From positions 62,001 through 126,000 of the forward strand of contig JABLTG010000010.1 in the NCBI GenBank assembly GCA_016618085.1: 64,000 bases of DNA, in the 5' to 3' direction. The translations under genes and the position numbers were made by a program. How positions within the stretch are numbered: the stretch's first letter is position 1; each line of letters opens with the position of its first letter. This document shows, one piece after another, positions 50,939-61,769 of this stretch. This DNA comes from Neovahlkampfia damariscottae. Taxonomy: Eukaryota. Under the pieces are notes generated by a model. The model was given only the letters and a program-made list of their open reading frames with translations, had not been told where the DNA came from and searched no databases.

Positions 50939-52547
50939 ATGAATTTTATTGGCTTATTTTTACTTTTTACAGTTTGTGTTATCACTGCACAACAATTTAC
51001 TGATGATAACAGTGGCTTAGTACAATATACTTTACGCTCAGAACAAAAACATACTTTGAACTCTTTGAACAATTTCAAAATGTTTGAAGTTCATTCAATT
51101 GATGAAAACACAGTTGAACTTATTGGAGAAAAAAGAGATGAAGAAGTTTTTAAAAGACTTGGCTTTCAAATTGTGAACAAAGTACCTTCACAACCATTTG
51201 AAAAAATTAATGGACCAGCTGGTTACACAAAACCTCAAGAAATTCTTGAAACTTTCAAAAAACTTGAATCAACATATCCAAAGATTGTAAAATTAATCAG
51301 TCTCCAAAAGGAATACAACCTTCCAAAAACAATTGTAAAAAAAAATTTTTTGACATTTTTTCTGACAGGACGGAAATGAACTTTTTGCTTTGAAAATTTC
51401 AGAAAAAGTTTCAAAAGATAGAGATGTACCAAAGTAATTCAAAACTCAAATTTAATTTTTATCAGTCGTTTGATTGTTTCAAATCATCATGCAAGAGAAT
51501 TAATTACACCTGAATTAGCTTTGGATTCTGCAAAAAGATTAGTTAGTGGATACGAATCAAATGATAAAACAATCAAAGATATTTTAAAAAACAATCAAAT
51601 TTACATCATGTTTACTCAAAATCCTGATGGTTTGAATTATGTTTGGTCAACAAATAATTGGTTCTTTTTTTTAATCTTTTTTAATTTAAAGGTGGAGAAA
51701 AAATCGTAAAAGAAATTCAGATGGAAGTTATGGAGTTGATTTAAATCGTAATTATGACGCTGGTAAAAAATTTTTTTTTCTCAAATTTTGAACAGGTTGG
51801 AATTTAAGTTGTGGTGGAAGCAGTTCACCAAGAAGTGAAATTTATAAAGGAACATCTGCTGCTTCTGAAATTGAAACACAAACAATGGTTGTTTTTCAAA
51901 CAGAAAGAAATTTCGCTTCAGTTTTAGGTACTTTTGTTATATGACAAAAAATTAATATTTTTAGATTATCATTCATATGCTAGAGAAGTTAGAATTAATT
52001 ATGGACGTTGTACTAAAACACCACCAAAAATTGATGCTCTCTTTCAAACACTTGGATCTAAAATGGCTGTCAAACAAAATTATAGAAGAGTGTACTCATG
52101 CTGCACAGGCGGAGATATTTCTTATGCTTATATGAAACAAGGAAGTTGGGCAAATTTAGTTGAAACTGGAACGTTTGACAATTTAACATTAATTTTAACA
52201 TTTTCTTTATTAGTGCTTTTCAACCAAGAGCTGATTTAATGAAAGCTGAATTAGTTAGAGTATGGCCAGGAACACTCGAAAATTTAGCCACACCAATTCC
52301 ATTATCAGGACATGTTATTGATGCATCAACAAAAAAAGGAATCAAAGCAAACTTCAAAATTGAAGGCTTGACTTTCGTAAATAATGAACAAAGATACTCA
52401 AATAAAAAAAGAAAAGGAAGATATCATTTATGGTTACCAACAGGAAGATACGTTTTAGAATTATCGGCTGATGGATATAAAACAACAAAATTTGAAGTTG
52501 ATTTACAAAAAGAAGGAATGGTACAAGACTTTGAATTAAAAAAATAA
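50939..52547 (+). CDS. Secreted M14 zinc carboxypeptidase with a C-terminal regulatory-like domain, about 6 introns
   Basis: Signal peptide; 'HHARE', 'NPDG', 'WRKNR', 'GVDLNRNY', 'DYHSY', 'VETG'. Confidence 0.92.
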
Positions 52548-52638
52548 AACTCAAAAAAAAAATATTTTTTATCAATTTTATTTTTCGACTTCTCATTTCA
52601 TTGGTCAAAATTGGTAAAAAGTTTGTGTTCAGTTCGCC

Positions 52639-53347
52639 ATGGCTTTGAAACTCAGAGAATTAAAATTTTACTACCCACAACTTGTAATTTTATTAATGGC
52701 TCTTATGCTCATGTGGATTGGGTAACCAAAAAAAATCCTTTTCACAAAAAAATTTTTAGAATTACCGCAGGTGTTGGTCATGGTTGGTTGATGATTGTTG
52801 ATATTTATTTTTTTCCAAAACCTTTTAGATATACAATTGTTGTAGGTTTTGTTTGTGGTGTAGCTTATTTCCTTACAGGAATGATGGCTATAGCTGCAAC
52901 TTTAATTCCAAACAACACTGTCCAAGCAAGTTTGAAAATTTTTTTTTTTATATTATAGTTATGACTTGTGTTACGATCATATTTCATATGGCTTCTTGCT
53001 TAGTTCAATATTTTTCGTATCAATTTGAAACATCAGATTATATTATTGAATCAGTTACTTATTGGAAATATTTCACTGGAGAAGATTTTTATATCACTTT
53101 TATCTATGGTCAATTGTTTTATTTTGTTAGATTTTTTTTTTTTAATTGTTTTGTGATAGGCAATGACTTTTTTTGTTTTGTTTTGGAAATTAAAATCTGT
53201 TTGGGATCAATTACCAATGTCAAAAGGAGAAACACAAAATTGATTTATTTAAGGAATAAAAAGAAAGTGTTTTTTCCAAAAAAAAAAATTCATCGTCTGC
53301 AAAACATTGACAGAAAACTGCTTTGGTTGTGGACTATCATTTTGTGA
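52639..53347 (+). CDS. Hypothetical multi-pass membrane protein (exon structure uncertain)
   Basis: ATG after two ATTGG boxes; several hydrophobic segments interrupted by GT-AG mini-introns. Confidence 0.45.
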
Positions 53348-53679
53348 TGACTACTGCTGGATCTTAACATGATTTTGTTTGTCATTTTCAACCGATAAAT
53401 TGTTGAACAAGAATGGAATCCATCGAATTGGATAAATTCTTTTTATCCTCTTCTGTCTGAATCTTGCTGTTTGAAGAAGAACGATGGAAATTTCTAAATT
53501 TGAAAGAAAAATGTTGTATACAAATTTAGAGAAATTTAATTTATCACTAAATTTGGTGATTAACAACTGTTGTGACATTGATTGGTTCTTCTCGTTTGAG
53601 ACAAAAAAATGCACCAATAAAACGCATGACCAATCAAACAACTTCATTTTTCCAAATAACCGAATAACCACACATCAAA

Positions 53680-54090
53680 ATGAACAAAACAATCACCAAA
53701 GAACAAATTGAAAGCTGTTTTGGACATCCACTCTATGAAGCCTGTATCATGCTCGGTATTGAATCGAAAGATTTAAAACCATTACTCAAACAGTACGGTA
53801 TAAACAGATGGCCGAAGACAAGAATCAAAAACAAGAGCTCAGATCCATTTCAAACCTTTCATCTCAACAAAACCAAAAGTTTGTCAAAAATAAGCGACTA
53901 CCAACGCAAGGAAATGCTTCCATCTGCTCAAAAAAATCAGTCTGGAAGAATATCTGGGAAAATTAGTTTTGAAAGAGACTCATATGTATTAAATCAAGGT
54001 AAAGATGTCAAAACAGTTCAAGATGTACTCTTGCAACCACGAGAAACAAAACCAAAAAATATTATGGATATTTCAAACCTTTGTAATTAA
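53680..54090 (+). CDS. RWP-RK domain transcription factor
   Basis: 'ITKEQIESCFGHPLYEACIMLGI...LKPLLKQYGINRWP'. Confidence 0.8.
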   Translation: MNKTITKEQIESCFGHPLYEACIMLGIESKDLKPLLKQYGINRWPKTRIKNKSSDPFQTFHLNKTKSLSKISDYQRKEMLPSAQKNQSGRISGKISFERDSYVLNQGKDVKTVQDVLLQPRETKPKNIMDISNLCN

Positions 54091-54238
54091 AACTTTGTAC
54101 AAAACAAGGAATGGATTAAAAGTATGTATAAAAATTTTTTCCATTTATTTTTTTTTTTTCATTTTAACCTTAAAATTTAACTGGCTGATGCTTTAACTTT
54201 ATGAGGAAATAAAAAAACCAAAAAATTGTCAAAAAAAA

Positions 54239-55350
54239 CTATTTTTTTAAATAATGCTCAATGGACGAATTTGAGATCAATTCAACTGCTTTTTCAGCTG
54301 TTATATCTCTTTGAGCTTCGCAAAGTAATTCAAAACCAACAAAAAATTTTCTGACAGTTGAAGAGCGTAACAAAGGAGGATAAAAGTGAAAGTGCAAATG
54401 AAACAAGTCAGAGTTATCAGAAATAGGTCTTTTATGATTTTTTAGAAACAAATTTAAATTCAAACCTAAAAACCAATTAGAACAAAAAATAGTTCCTTTT
54501 ACCTTTGATGAATGCCCATCGAATATGGAAAAGAACATTTAAATAAATTATCATACCTTGTTGTCAATTCTTTCATAATTTCAGATAAATCTTCTTTTTG
54601 TTCATTTGACAATTCAGTAATGTCTGAAATGTGAGTCAAAGGCAATATCATTGTTTCAAAAGGCCAAACAGCCCAATAAGGTACTAAACATAAAAAACTA
54701 GAATTTTTAGAAATAATTCTAACTTCTTTTTCAAGTTCAAGTTTTGTGTATGAGCACAATAAGCAACAATCTTTTTTGTTTTTCCAATTTTTGAATGAGT
54801 CAATTTCTTTGGTAACTTCTTGTGGAATTTCTTCTGTTGACCATATTTGACTATGAGGATGTGGGTTAGAGCAACCCATCATGGATCCTTTATTTTCAAA
54901 TATTTGAATGTAATTTATGAAATTTTCTTTTGATAATTTTTTGAACTCATTTATCCAACAATCTACAACTTGAACAATTTCTTTTTTTTGCATAACTGGA
55001 ATGCTTTTGGAGTGATCTGGTGAAAAAACAACTACTTTACAAATTCCTCTTTGAGGTTGTGAAATCAACAAATCATCTTCATTTTTTGTCTTTGAATCTT
55101 CAACAAATTCCGGTAAAAGTGCTGAAAAATCATTCACAAAAGAAAAAGCAGTCTCGTATTTAGGATTTTTTTCACCGTTTATTCTTTTGTTTCCTGGACA
55201 AAGGTAACAATTTTCATCAAATTTTGGTAAATCTTCTTTTTGAATTTTTTCAATTTGTCCTTGCCACGGTCTTTTTGCTCTATGTGGTGAACAAAGAACC
55301 CATTCATTTGTTAAAATGTTCAATCTACGATGAGGTTGGTCAGTAAACAT
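54239..55350 (-). CDS. GALT: Galactose-1-phosphate uridylyltransferase (alternative start 55359)
   Basis: 'PHRRLN...[11 protein letters not shown]', 'CYLCPGN', '[19 protein letters not shown]', '[10 protein letters not shown]', 'PPLLRS.TVRKF'. Confidence 0.97.
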
Positions 55351-55394
55351 TTTTAACATCAAATTAAACCAATCATATTTCTCCACTTATTTCA

Positions 55395-57101
55395 ATGTCT
55401 GGACTGAAGTTGACAAAAAATGAAAACAAAGGAAAAACTATATTGGTTCAATTTGAAAACTGTATCTGTAACTTTGATGAAACTATTGTTTATTTTTACA
55501 ACAAAGAAAAAAAACCAAAAAAACTTAAGGACACAAAACATTTTCGAAACAAATGGATAAAAGACAATTTTCCTGAAAAAGATAAAGAATACATTGAAGA
55601 ACTAATGGGTAAAGATAATTTTTGGAATCATGTAGAACCACTTCCTGATGTCATAAAATCGTTGAATGAGATTTTAGGTTTGGGTTATGAAGTAAAAATT
55701 TTGTTGACAAAAGTATCACCAAATAGATTGAATATGTTAAATTTAAAAATGTTATGGATTGAAAAACACTTCAAATTTCATTCTTGGATGGACAAAATAA
55801 TTTTTTCTGATGATTTTACCTGTTTGAATGGAATTTGTTTGATAACCACTGATCCTTACCCTGAAACAACGGGGGACACTGAAGTCACTTGGAAAAAGTT
55901 CATTTTTAATCAAGCATTCAATTCTAAAATTGAAGTTGAAAATCGCTTGGGTGATTGGTCAAATTGGAAGATTGATTTAAAACTGGATGATGCAATTTTC
56001 CTGAAGGATGATACAGTTAGACCTTTTAATTTGCATGGGTCTTCGGATTCCAGTGATGTTGATATTTTTTATCTTTTTGATTTTTTTCCATCCGATTTGG
56101 AATGTTCAAATTTTGCAAATGGAAGCAAAGAAGAAGATAGAAACCTTTTAGTTGTGAAAGATGGAGTGATTGAAAAATCATTCAAAGGAAGACCAGATGA
56201 GTGTAATAATGCTCTGTTTTCAACATATCATTTGCATGAACAAAGATTTCCTTGTTTTGTTAAATACAAGATTATTCGATTAATTCCAACTAAAGTTATC
56301 TCTGCTATTAGGAAGGTTATTGGGTTATGTACATCTTCTAAATATCGTGAAGAAATCAGAAAATCGTTGAAAAATGATTCCACTGTCAAGCAAAGAATTT
56401 CTGTATTGAAAAAAATCAATTTTCAAGAACTTGAATTAAAAATGAAAAATTATAAAACTATTGCCTTTCAGTTTTGTATTACAATATCATTGATACGCGG
56501 CACTGAAATTTACACTAAAAAAGAGGCTATTGAACAATTTCCAGATCTTGATATTTTTATTTATAAGGATGAAGAGAAGATTGTCAAAAATCTTAAAATT
56601 TTGAATAAATATAAGGATATTTTTCTAGAAGAAATCAAAGATGTTGAATTTGAACAAGAAGAAGATGTGATTTCTGTTCACTGCCAATTGAAAAAAAAAA
56701 TGAATTCGTTTGAGAATCAATGCAATGGAATGTTGATCGACATGAACAAAGAATCAGTAATATCCTATGGTTTAGATCATTTACTAGATTTGAACTCCAG
56801 TTGGATTGACAAAAATGAAAAATATTACTTCCCAGAGATCAAATCAGATTGTTTCGTTTCAGTTTACAAAAGAAGTGATAAAATTCAATTTTACTGTCAA
56901 AATAAGGAAAAAATGGAAAAAATTGATAAATTAAAAGAAAAATTTGATTTTTCTAAATTCAATTTTGATGAATTTTTCTATTCTATTGATTTTGATGAAG
57001 AAACAATCAAAATTACATCAAAAAGATCAAAACTCACAAACAAATTGATTGAAAAGTTTGATGAATATATCCCATCAAAATCAAAAAATAATAATAAATA
57101 A
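55395..57101 (+). CDS. Intronless multidomain protein: degenerate NT5C-like HAD domain, Pol-beta-type nucleotidyltransferase and a degenerate C-terminal domain
   Basis: 'FWNHVEPLPD...KMLWIEKHF...WMDKIIF...FNQAFN...RLGDWSNW' (NT5C-like); 'LHGSSDSSDVDIFY' (GS...DxD). Confidence 0.7.
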   Translation: MSGLKLTKNENKGKTILVQFENCICNFDETIVYFYNKEKKPKKLKDTKHFRNKWIKDNFPEKDKEYIEELMGKDNFWNHVEPLPDVIKSLNEILGLGYEVKILLTKVSPNRLNMLNLKMLWIEKHFKFHSWMDKIIFSDDFTCLNGICLITTDPYPETTGDTEVTWKKFIFNQAFNSKIEVENRLGDWSNWKIDLKLDDAIFLKDDTVRPFNLHGSSDSSDVDIFYLFDFFPSDLECSNFANGSKEEDRNLLVVKDGVIEKSFKGRPDECNNALFSTYHLHEQRFPCFVKYKIIRLIPTKVISAIRKVIGLCTSSKYREEIRKSLKNDSTVKQRISVLKKINFQELELKMKNYKTIAFQFCITISLIRGTEIYTKKEAIEQFPDLDIFIYKDEEKIVKNLKILNKYKDIFLEEIKDVEFEQEEDVISVHCQLKKKMNSFENQCNGMLIDMNKESVISYGLDHLLDLNSSWIDKNEKYYFPEIKSDCFVSVYKRSDKIQFYCQNKEKMEKIDKLKEKFDFSKFNFDEFFYSIDFDEETIKITSKRSKLTNKLIEKFDEYIPSKSKNNNK

Positions 57102-57192
57102 TGATTTCAAATTGAACCTTCATTATTTTGAAAAAAAACAACCAATAAACTCGCATTTTTTTAACCAATTGCAACACATTTTCAATTTTAGC

Positions 57193-58295
57193 ATGGCAAA
57201 GAAGAAAAAAGAACAAAGAAAAGAATTGATAAAAAAACAAGAAAAAGCACATAAAAACAAAGAAAAATTTCAAAAGAAAAAATATAAATACGATGAAGAT
57301 GAATATGACCAAGATACTAAATTATTAAACTTAGAATTAAATCAACTTGGTTTATCCATCAAAAATATACATGGTGATGGAAACTGTTTATTCAGATCTG
57401 TTTCAGATCAAATTGAAAAAGATCAAGAAAAATATCCAAATGTTCGTCACAAAACTGTTAATTTCATAAAAACAAATCGAGAAAATTTTGAACCTTTCAT
57501 TTATGATGAAACTTTTGAGGAAGTAATGAAATTTTCTTTGTTTATTAAATAAACTAGTATATTGATAGAATGAAACAAGATGGTGAATGGGGTGGAAATT
57601 TAGAATTACAAGCAATTTCAAATGCTTATCAAAAGAATATTAAAGTTTATCAATATAATGCACCTATTTTACAGATTTTTTTTCATGACAAAGCTGAAAC
57701 TATTCATTTATCTTATCACAATGGAGATCATTATAACTCTGTGATTATGAATTCAGACAAGATACAGAAAATACATGAGAAAATTGAAGTATCCAAAATA
57801 TCAAAAACTGAAAAAATAATAATGGAATCCACTGGTTGTAAAGATATTCCGTTGATAAAAGATGCATTACAACAAAATTGGAATGATATGGATGCAACAA
57901 TTGATTATATTTTCGCTCTACAAAATGATTTCTCGATTAAGGAAGAAGAACCCGAATTTAAAATTCAACTCACAAAAAAGGAGAAAAAAATAATGAATAA
58001 AACTGGGTGTAATGACATTCAAGTTATAAGAGAAGTGTATGAACAAATGGGATTCGATGTTGAAGCAACGATTGATTATCTATCAGTAAATCTGGTTGAA
58101 CAAGAATATTCAAAAAAGGAAAAAGTTGAAATTGAAATTGAGAAAAAGAAAGAATCTAAAATTTCAAAAAAGAAATTGAATAAATTAGAACTAAAAAATC
58201 GATCAATCAAGAACGATGTAATACCAGAAATTGAAGAAAGTAACATCAAAGAAATTACAAAATCAATAGAAAAATTGAAAGTTATAAATCTTTAA
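57193..58295 (+). CDS. OTUD3: OTU deubiquitinase (OTUD3-like) with two CUE/UBA-like repeats, 1 intron
   Basis: 'GDGNCLFRSVSDQ', 'WGGNLELQA', 'HLSYHNGDHYNSV'; duplicated 'IM..TGC.DI..I........D.DATIDY'. Confidence 0.85.
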
Positions 58296-58690
58296 TATCT
58301 TTTTGACTTGAAATTGATAAATCCTTTGGACTCTTTGATTGTTTAAAAAACAGTAATAATCAGTCAACTCGTGGAGTTTTTGTTTGTCGTCTTTGTCACA
58401 AAGGAAAATCCCATTTTCAGTGGGTCATAAAAGATAACAAATTTTCAATCACAAATTTCGATCATAGAATTCCTGTAGAACTCAATTAAACCAAAAAATT
58501 TGAAAAAACAAAAGTTAAAATTACTCATCTTTAATAATTTTTTACACCATCATCTTCTTTCATTGTCAGACTATCTTGTTCCGCATATGAAATCCCAGAA
58601 ACCACAACAACAGAAATTTATCGGATAAACTAGAGTCATTTCACCAATAATTCAATTGACGGTCGTGAAAACTCCGATTGGTCAATTGAC

Positions 58691-60061
58691 ATGATGTTGT
58701 TTGTGTTATTGCTGAGTGTATCAATTTATTTGTTATTATTATGGTACTACAATGGGTCAAGAAGAACTGGTGAACCTGTATATTACAGAGGAATTCCTTT
58801 CATTGGACCTGCCCTTCAAATCGGAATGGAAGGAATGTTTCAGTACATAAAAAAAAATTCACAAAAAAATGGAAATATATTTACCATGTATTTACTTGGA
58901 AGTAGAATTCATGTTATTTCAGATGTTAATTCTTTTGCTACCATTCAAAGAAAACCAAAAGTTTTCTCTTTTACTCCTTACATGCATGAGCTTGCTCAAA
59001 GATTAAAAGGACTTCCATTTGATCCTGAATCAATTGAAGTTGATAAATTAAGAGGTGCTGCTATGTCAGTATCAAAATTTCTTCAAGGAGAACCTTTAGA
59101 AACTTTGACAAAAGTGTATGGAAGATTGACCTTAGAAAGACTCAATGATTATTTTGACAAACACAACAGAAATGGAGAATTAATCGTGGATACCCATAAC
59201 TTTGTTCGAACTATTTTATACTATGCAAGTTCAAAATCAATTTTAGGTGAAGACTATGATTCTGATTCAACAGAAAAAGATTTCTTCACTTATGATGAAG
59301 GTATTAGACTATTAGGACTTGGTGTACCTAGAATGTTCATGAAAACACCTTTAGAAGCAAGAAAAAGAGTTATTGATGTTGTAAAAAAATTACACCTTTC
59401 AAAAGCCTGCGAATTTGTTGCAAACAGCACAAAAGGAGATGAAACTCAAGAAGAAATAGCAGAATTAGGATTTGGAATGTTGAATGCATCACAAACAAAT
59501 ACAATCAGTGCTTCATTTTGGACATTTTACGAAATTATGAAAGATCCAAATACCAAACAAAAAATACTTGATGAAATAACAAATCAATTCTCCGTTGATG
59601 AATATGAAAAATCTATTGATTCAATGAAAGTCTTAAATGGAGCTTATCTTGAAGCAAATAGATTTCACAATGTAGGGATATCTTTTAGACAAGCAATTGA
59701 AAACACAAAAGTTGAAGTTGGTGGTAAAAGTTATAAAATTAGAAAAGGTGATAAATTGTTTTTAATGCCAGTTTCTTATCAAGATCCTGAGTTATATGAA
59801 AATCCTGAACAATACAATCCTGAAAGATATGTTGGAATAATTCCTGAAAAAGTAAAAAACTCACAAACACCTTATGGAGGTGGTATTCATTTATGTCCTG
59901 GAAGATTTTTTGCGATTAATGAAATCAAACTTTTCACTATTTTGTTGTTGAAACATTTCAATTGTGAATTTGTTGAAGAGAAAACATTGGGAAACGCAGA
60001 AACACTCTCTTATGTACCTCCAAATGGTGATATTAAAATGAAAATTACTAGAATCAAATAA
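58691..60061 (+). CDS. Cytochrome P450, CYP7/CYP8-like clan, paralog of 33687-35066, intronless
   Basis: 'NASQTNTISASFW', 'EANR', 'YNPERY', 'PYGGGIHLCPGRFFA'; shares long peptides with the first P450. Confidence 0.93.
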   Translation: MMLFVLLLSVSIYLLLLWYYNGSRRTGEPVYYRGIPFIGPALQIGMEGMFQYIKKNSQKNGNIFTMYLLGSRIHVISDVNSFATIQRKPKVFSFTPYMHELAQRLKGLPFDPESIEVDKLRGAAMSVSKFLQGEPLETLTKVYGRLTLERLNDYFDKHNRNGELIVDTHNFVRTILYYASSKSILGEDYDSDSTEKDFFTYDEGIRLLGLGVPRMFMKTPLEARKRVIDVVKKLHLSKACEFVANSTKGDETQEEIAELGFGMLNASQTNTISASFWTFYEIMKDPNTKQKILDEITNQFSVDEYEKSIDSMKVLNGAYLEANRFHNVGISFRQAIENTKVEVGGKSYKIRKGDKLFLMPVSYQDPELYENPEQYNPERYVGIIPEKVKNSQTPYGGGIHLCPGRFFAINEIKLFTILLLKHFNCEFVEEKTLGNAETLSYVPPNGDIKMKITRIK

Positions 60062-60263
60062 ATAGCTACTATTCAATAAATATAGATTTGTTGAAAGAAA
60101 TTCAGACTCTAACATTTTTTATTTCTTTGAAACAAAGAATTGAACAAAGTTTTTGGAGTTGTTCAATTCTCATTTGTTAATCAATGAAAACAACAATAGA
60201 GTTCTCCAATTAAATACCCTTAACTTTCGGAGTTGATTTATAACTGTAAAAGTTGAGGTGGAT

Positions 60264-61568
60264 ATGAAAGTTTTTAGTTTTTTGATATTTGTACTGATAT
60301 TTACTGCATGTGTTAATGCTACTGTTCAAAAAAAGAAAACAACTATCGTTGAATTGACTCCAGACAATTTTTCCGAAATTGTAATGAACAAAAAAAACAA
60401 CGTTTTAGTAGGTATATGCATTCATAGCTTTTTTTTTTAAAATATTAAATAGAATTTTATGCCACATGGTGTGGATATTGTAAACAATTGGCTCCAAAAT
60501 ATGTAGAATTATCGACTTTAGTTCAATCAATGGAAAATATAATAATTGCAAGAATAGATGGTGACAAATACAAATCTATGGGTGAAAAATATAATATATA
60601 TGGATATCCAACACTCAAATGGTTTGGAAAATCCAATAAAAATTCACCATTAGCATTTGAAAGAGGCACAGCCGAAGAAATGTTTGAAGAATTGAAGCAA
60701 AAAGTATCAGTGGTTGGAAACAAAAAAGCAAAAACAATGCCATCAATTTTTCTGTCTCATGGATCTCCAAATACAATAATAAAACAAACAAAAGCATTTA
60801 AATTTTGGAGAGATGATGTTAAGAAATACATTCCAGAGAAACCGAAAGGAATCATTTGTATTTCAGCTCATTGGATGACTAACAGAGAAGTAAGAATCAC
60901 AGCATCTCCAAAACCAAAAACTATTCATGATTTTGGTGGTTTTGAACAAGAACTTTACAGAATGACCTATGATTCTCCTGGTGATCCTGTTTTAGCCAGA
61001 AAAGTTCAATACATGTTGAAAAAAAATGGAATTCCAGCTTCATTAGATCCTCGTAGAGGTTATGATCATGGATCTTGGACTTTGATGAAATCTATTTTTC
61101 CAAAAGCTGATATTCCAATGATTCAAATTTCTTTGATAAACAAAGATGATGAAACAAACTTCAAAATTGGTGAAGCCATCAAGAATTTGAAAAAGGAAGG
61201 AATTTTGATAATTGGTTCAGGAGGTGTTATTCATAATCTTGGATTGACATTTCAATATTTTCATCATCAAGATCCTCAACCTGTTAAATGGGCAATTGAA
61301 TTCCAAGATCGTATTAAAAGTATTGTACAAAAACCATACCATGAAATGAAAAATGAAATTATGATTTACGAAAAATTCCTTCATTCTAAATTGGCAATTC
61401 CGACAAATGAACATTTTCTGGTTAGTGACTTGTCTTCTTTTGACTTAATTTTTATAGCCATTGATCGTTACTATGGGATCTACTGTTGATGAATCGTCCA
61501 GAGGAAAAGTATTGTTTCTTGATATTGAATATGGATTATTGAGTATGGAAGCATTTTTGTTTGGATAA
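60264..61568 (+). CDS. Fusion of a signal peptide, a PDI-type thioredoxin (WCGYC) and a LigB/DOPA-4,5-dioxygenase-like extradiol dioxygenase, 2 introns
   Basis: 'EFYATWCGYCKQLAP...IYGYPTLKWF' in frame with 'FLSHGSP', 'ISAHW', 'TIHDFGGF', 'RGYDHG', 'GSGGVIHNL', 'EHFLPL'. Confidence 0.85.
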
Positions 61569-61670
61569 TTTTGAAATAAAAATTCATTTTCACCAAAAAT
61601 GGAGCTCTATACCAAATTGAAATATATCTATTTTCACCAAACAACATATCAGGTAATTTTCTCAAATCGA

Positions 61671-61725
61671 CGGAGTTGGTAAATTTTCATTTGTCAGGCA
61701 ACTCCGAGAAGATGGTATTTATTGG
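61671..61725. promoter_or_regulatory. Inverted pair CGGAGTTG-N20-CAACTCCG followed by ATTGG, upstream of the second dioxygenase
   Basis: Read directly from the sequence; the same core occurs upstream of both P450s and the fusion gene. Confidence 0.6.
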
Positions 61726-61769
61726 TTAAAAAATATTCCAATGTATCAACCAAACAAAAACAAACAACA

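Noticed and set aside
53351..53578. Possible small minus-strand gene starting MSQQLL after a CCAAT box
   Set aside because: I could not build a consistent spliced model or recognise a motif
33687..60061. The oppositely oriented P450 paralogs as ends of a mobile element
   Set aside because: They are diverged paralogs with no terminal repeats, target duplications or transposase, and the interval holds ordinary genes
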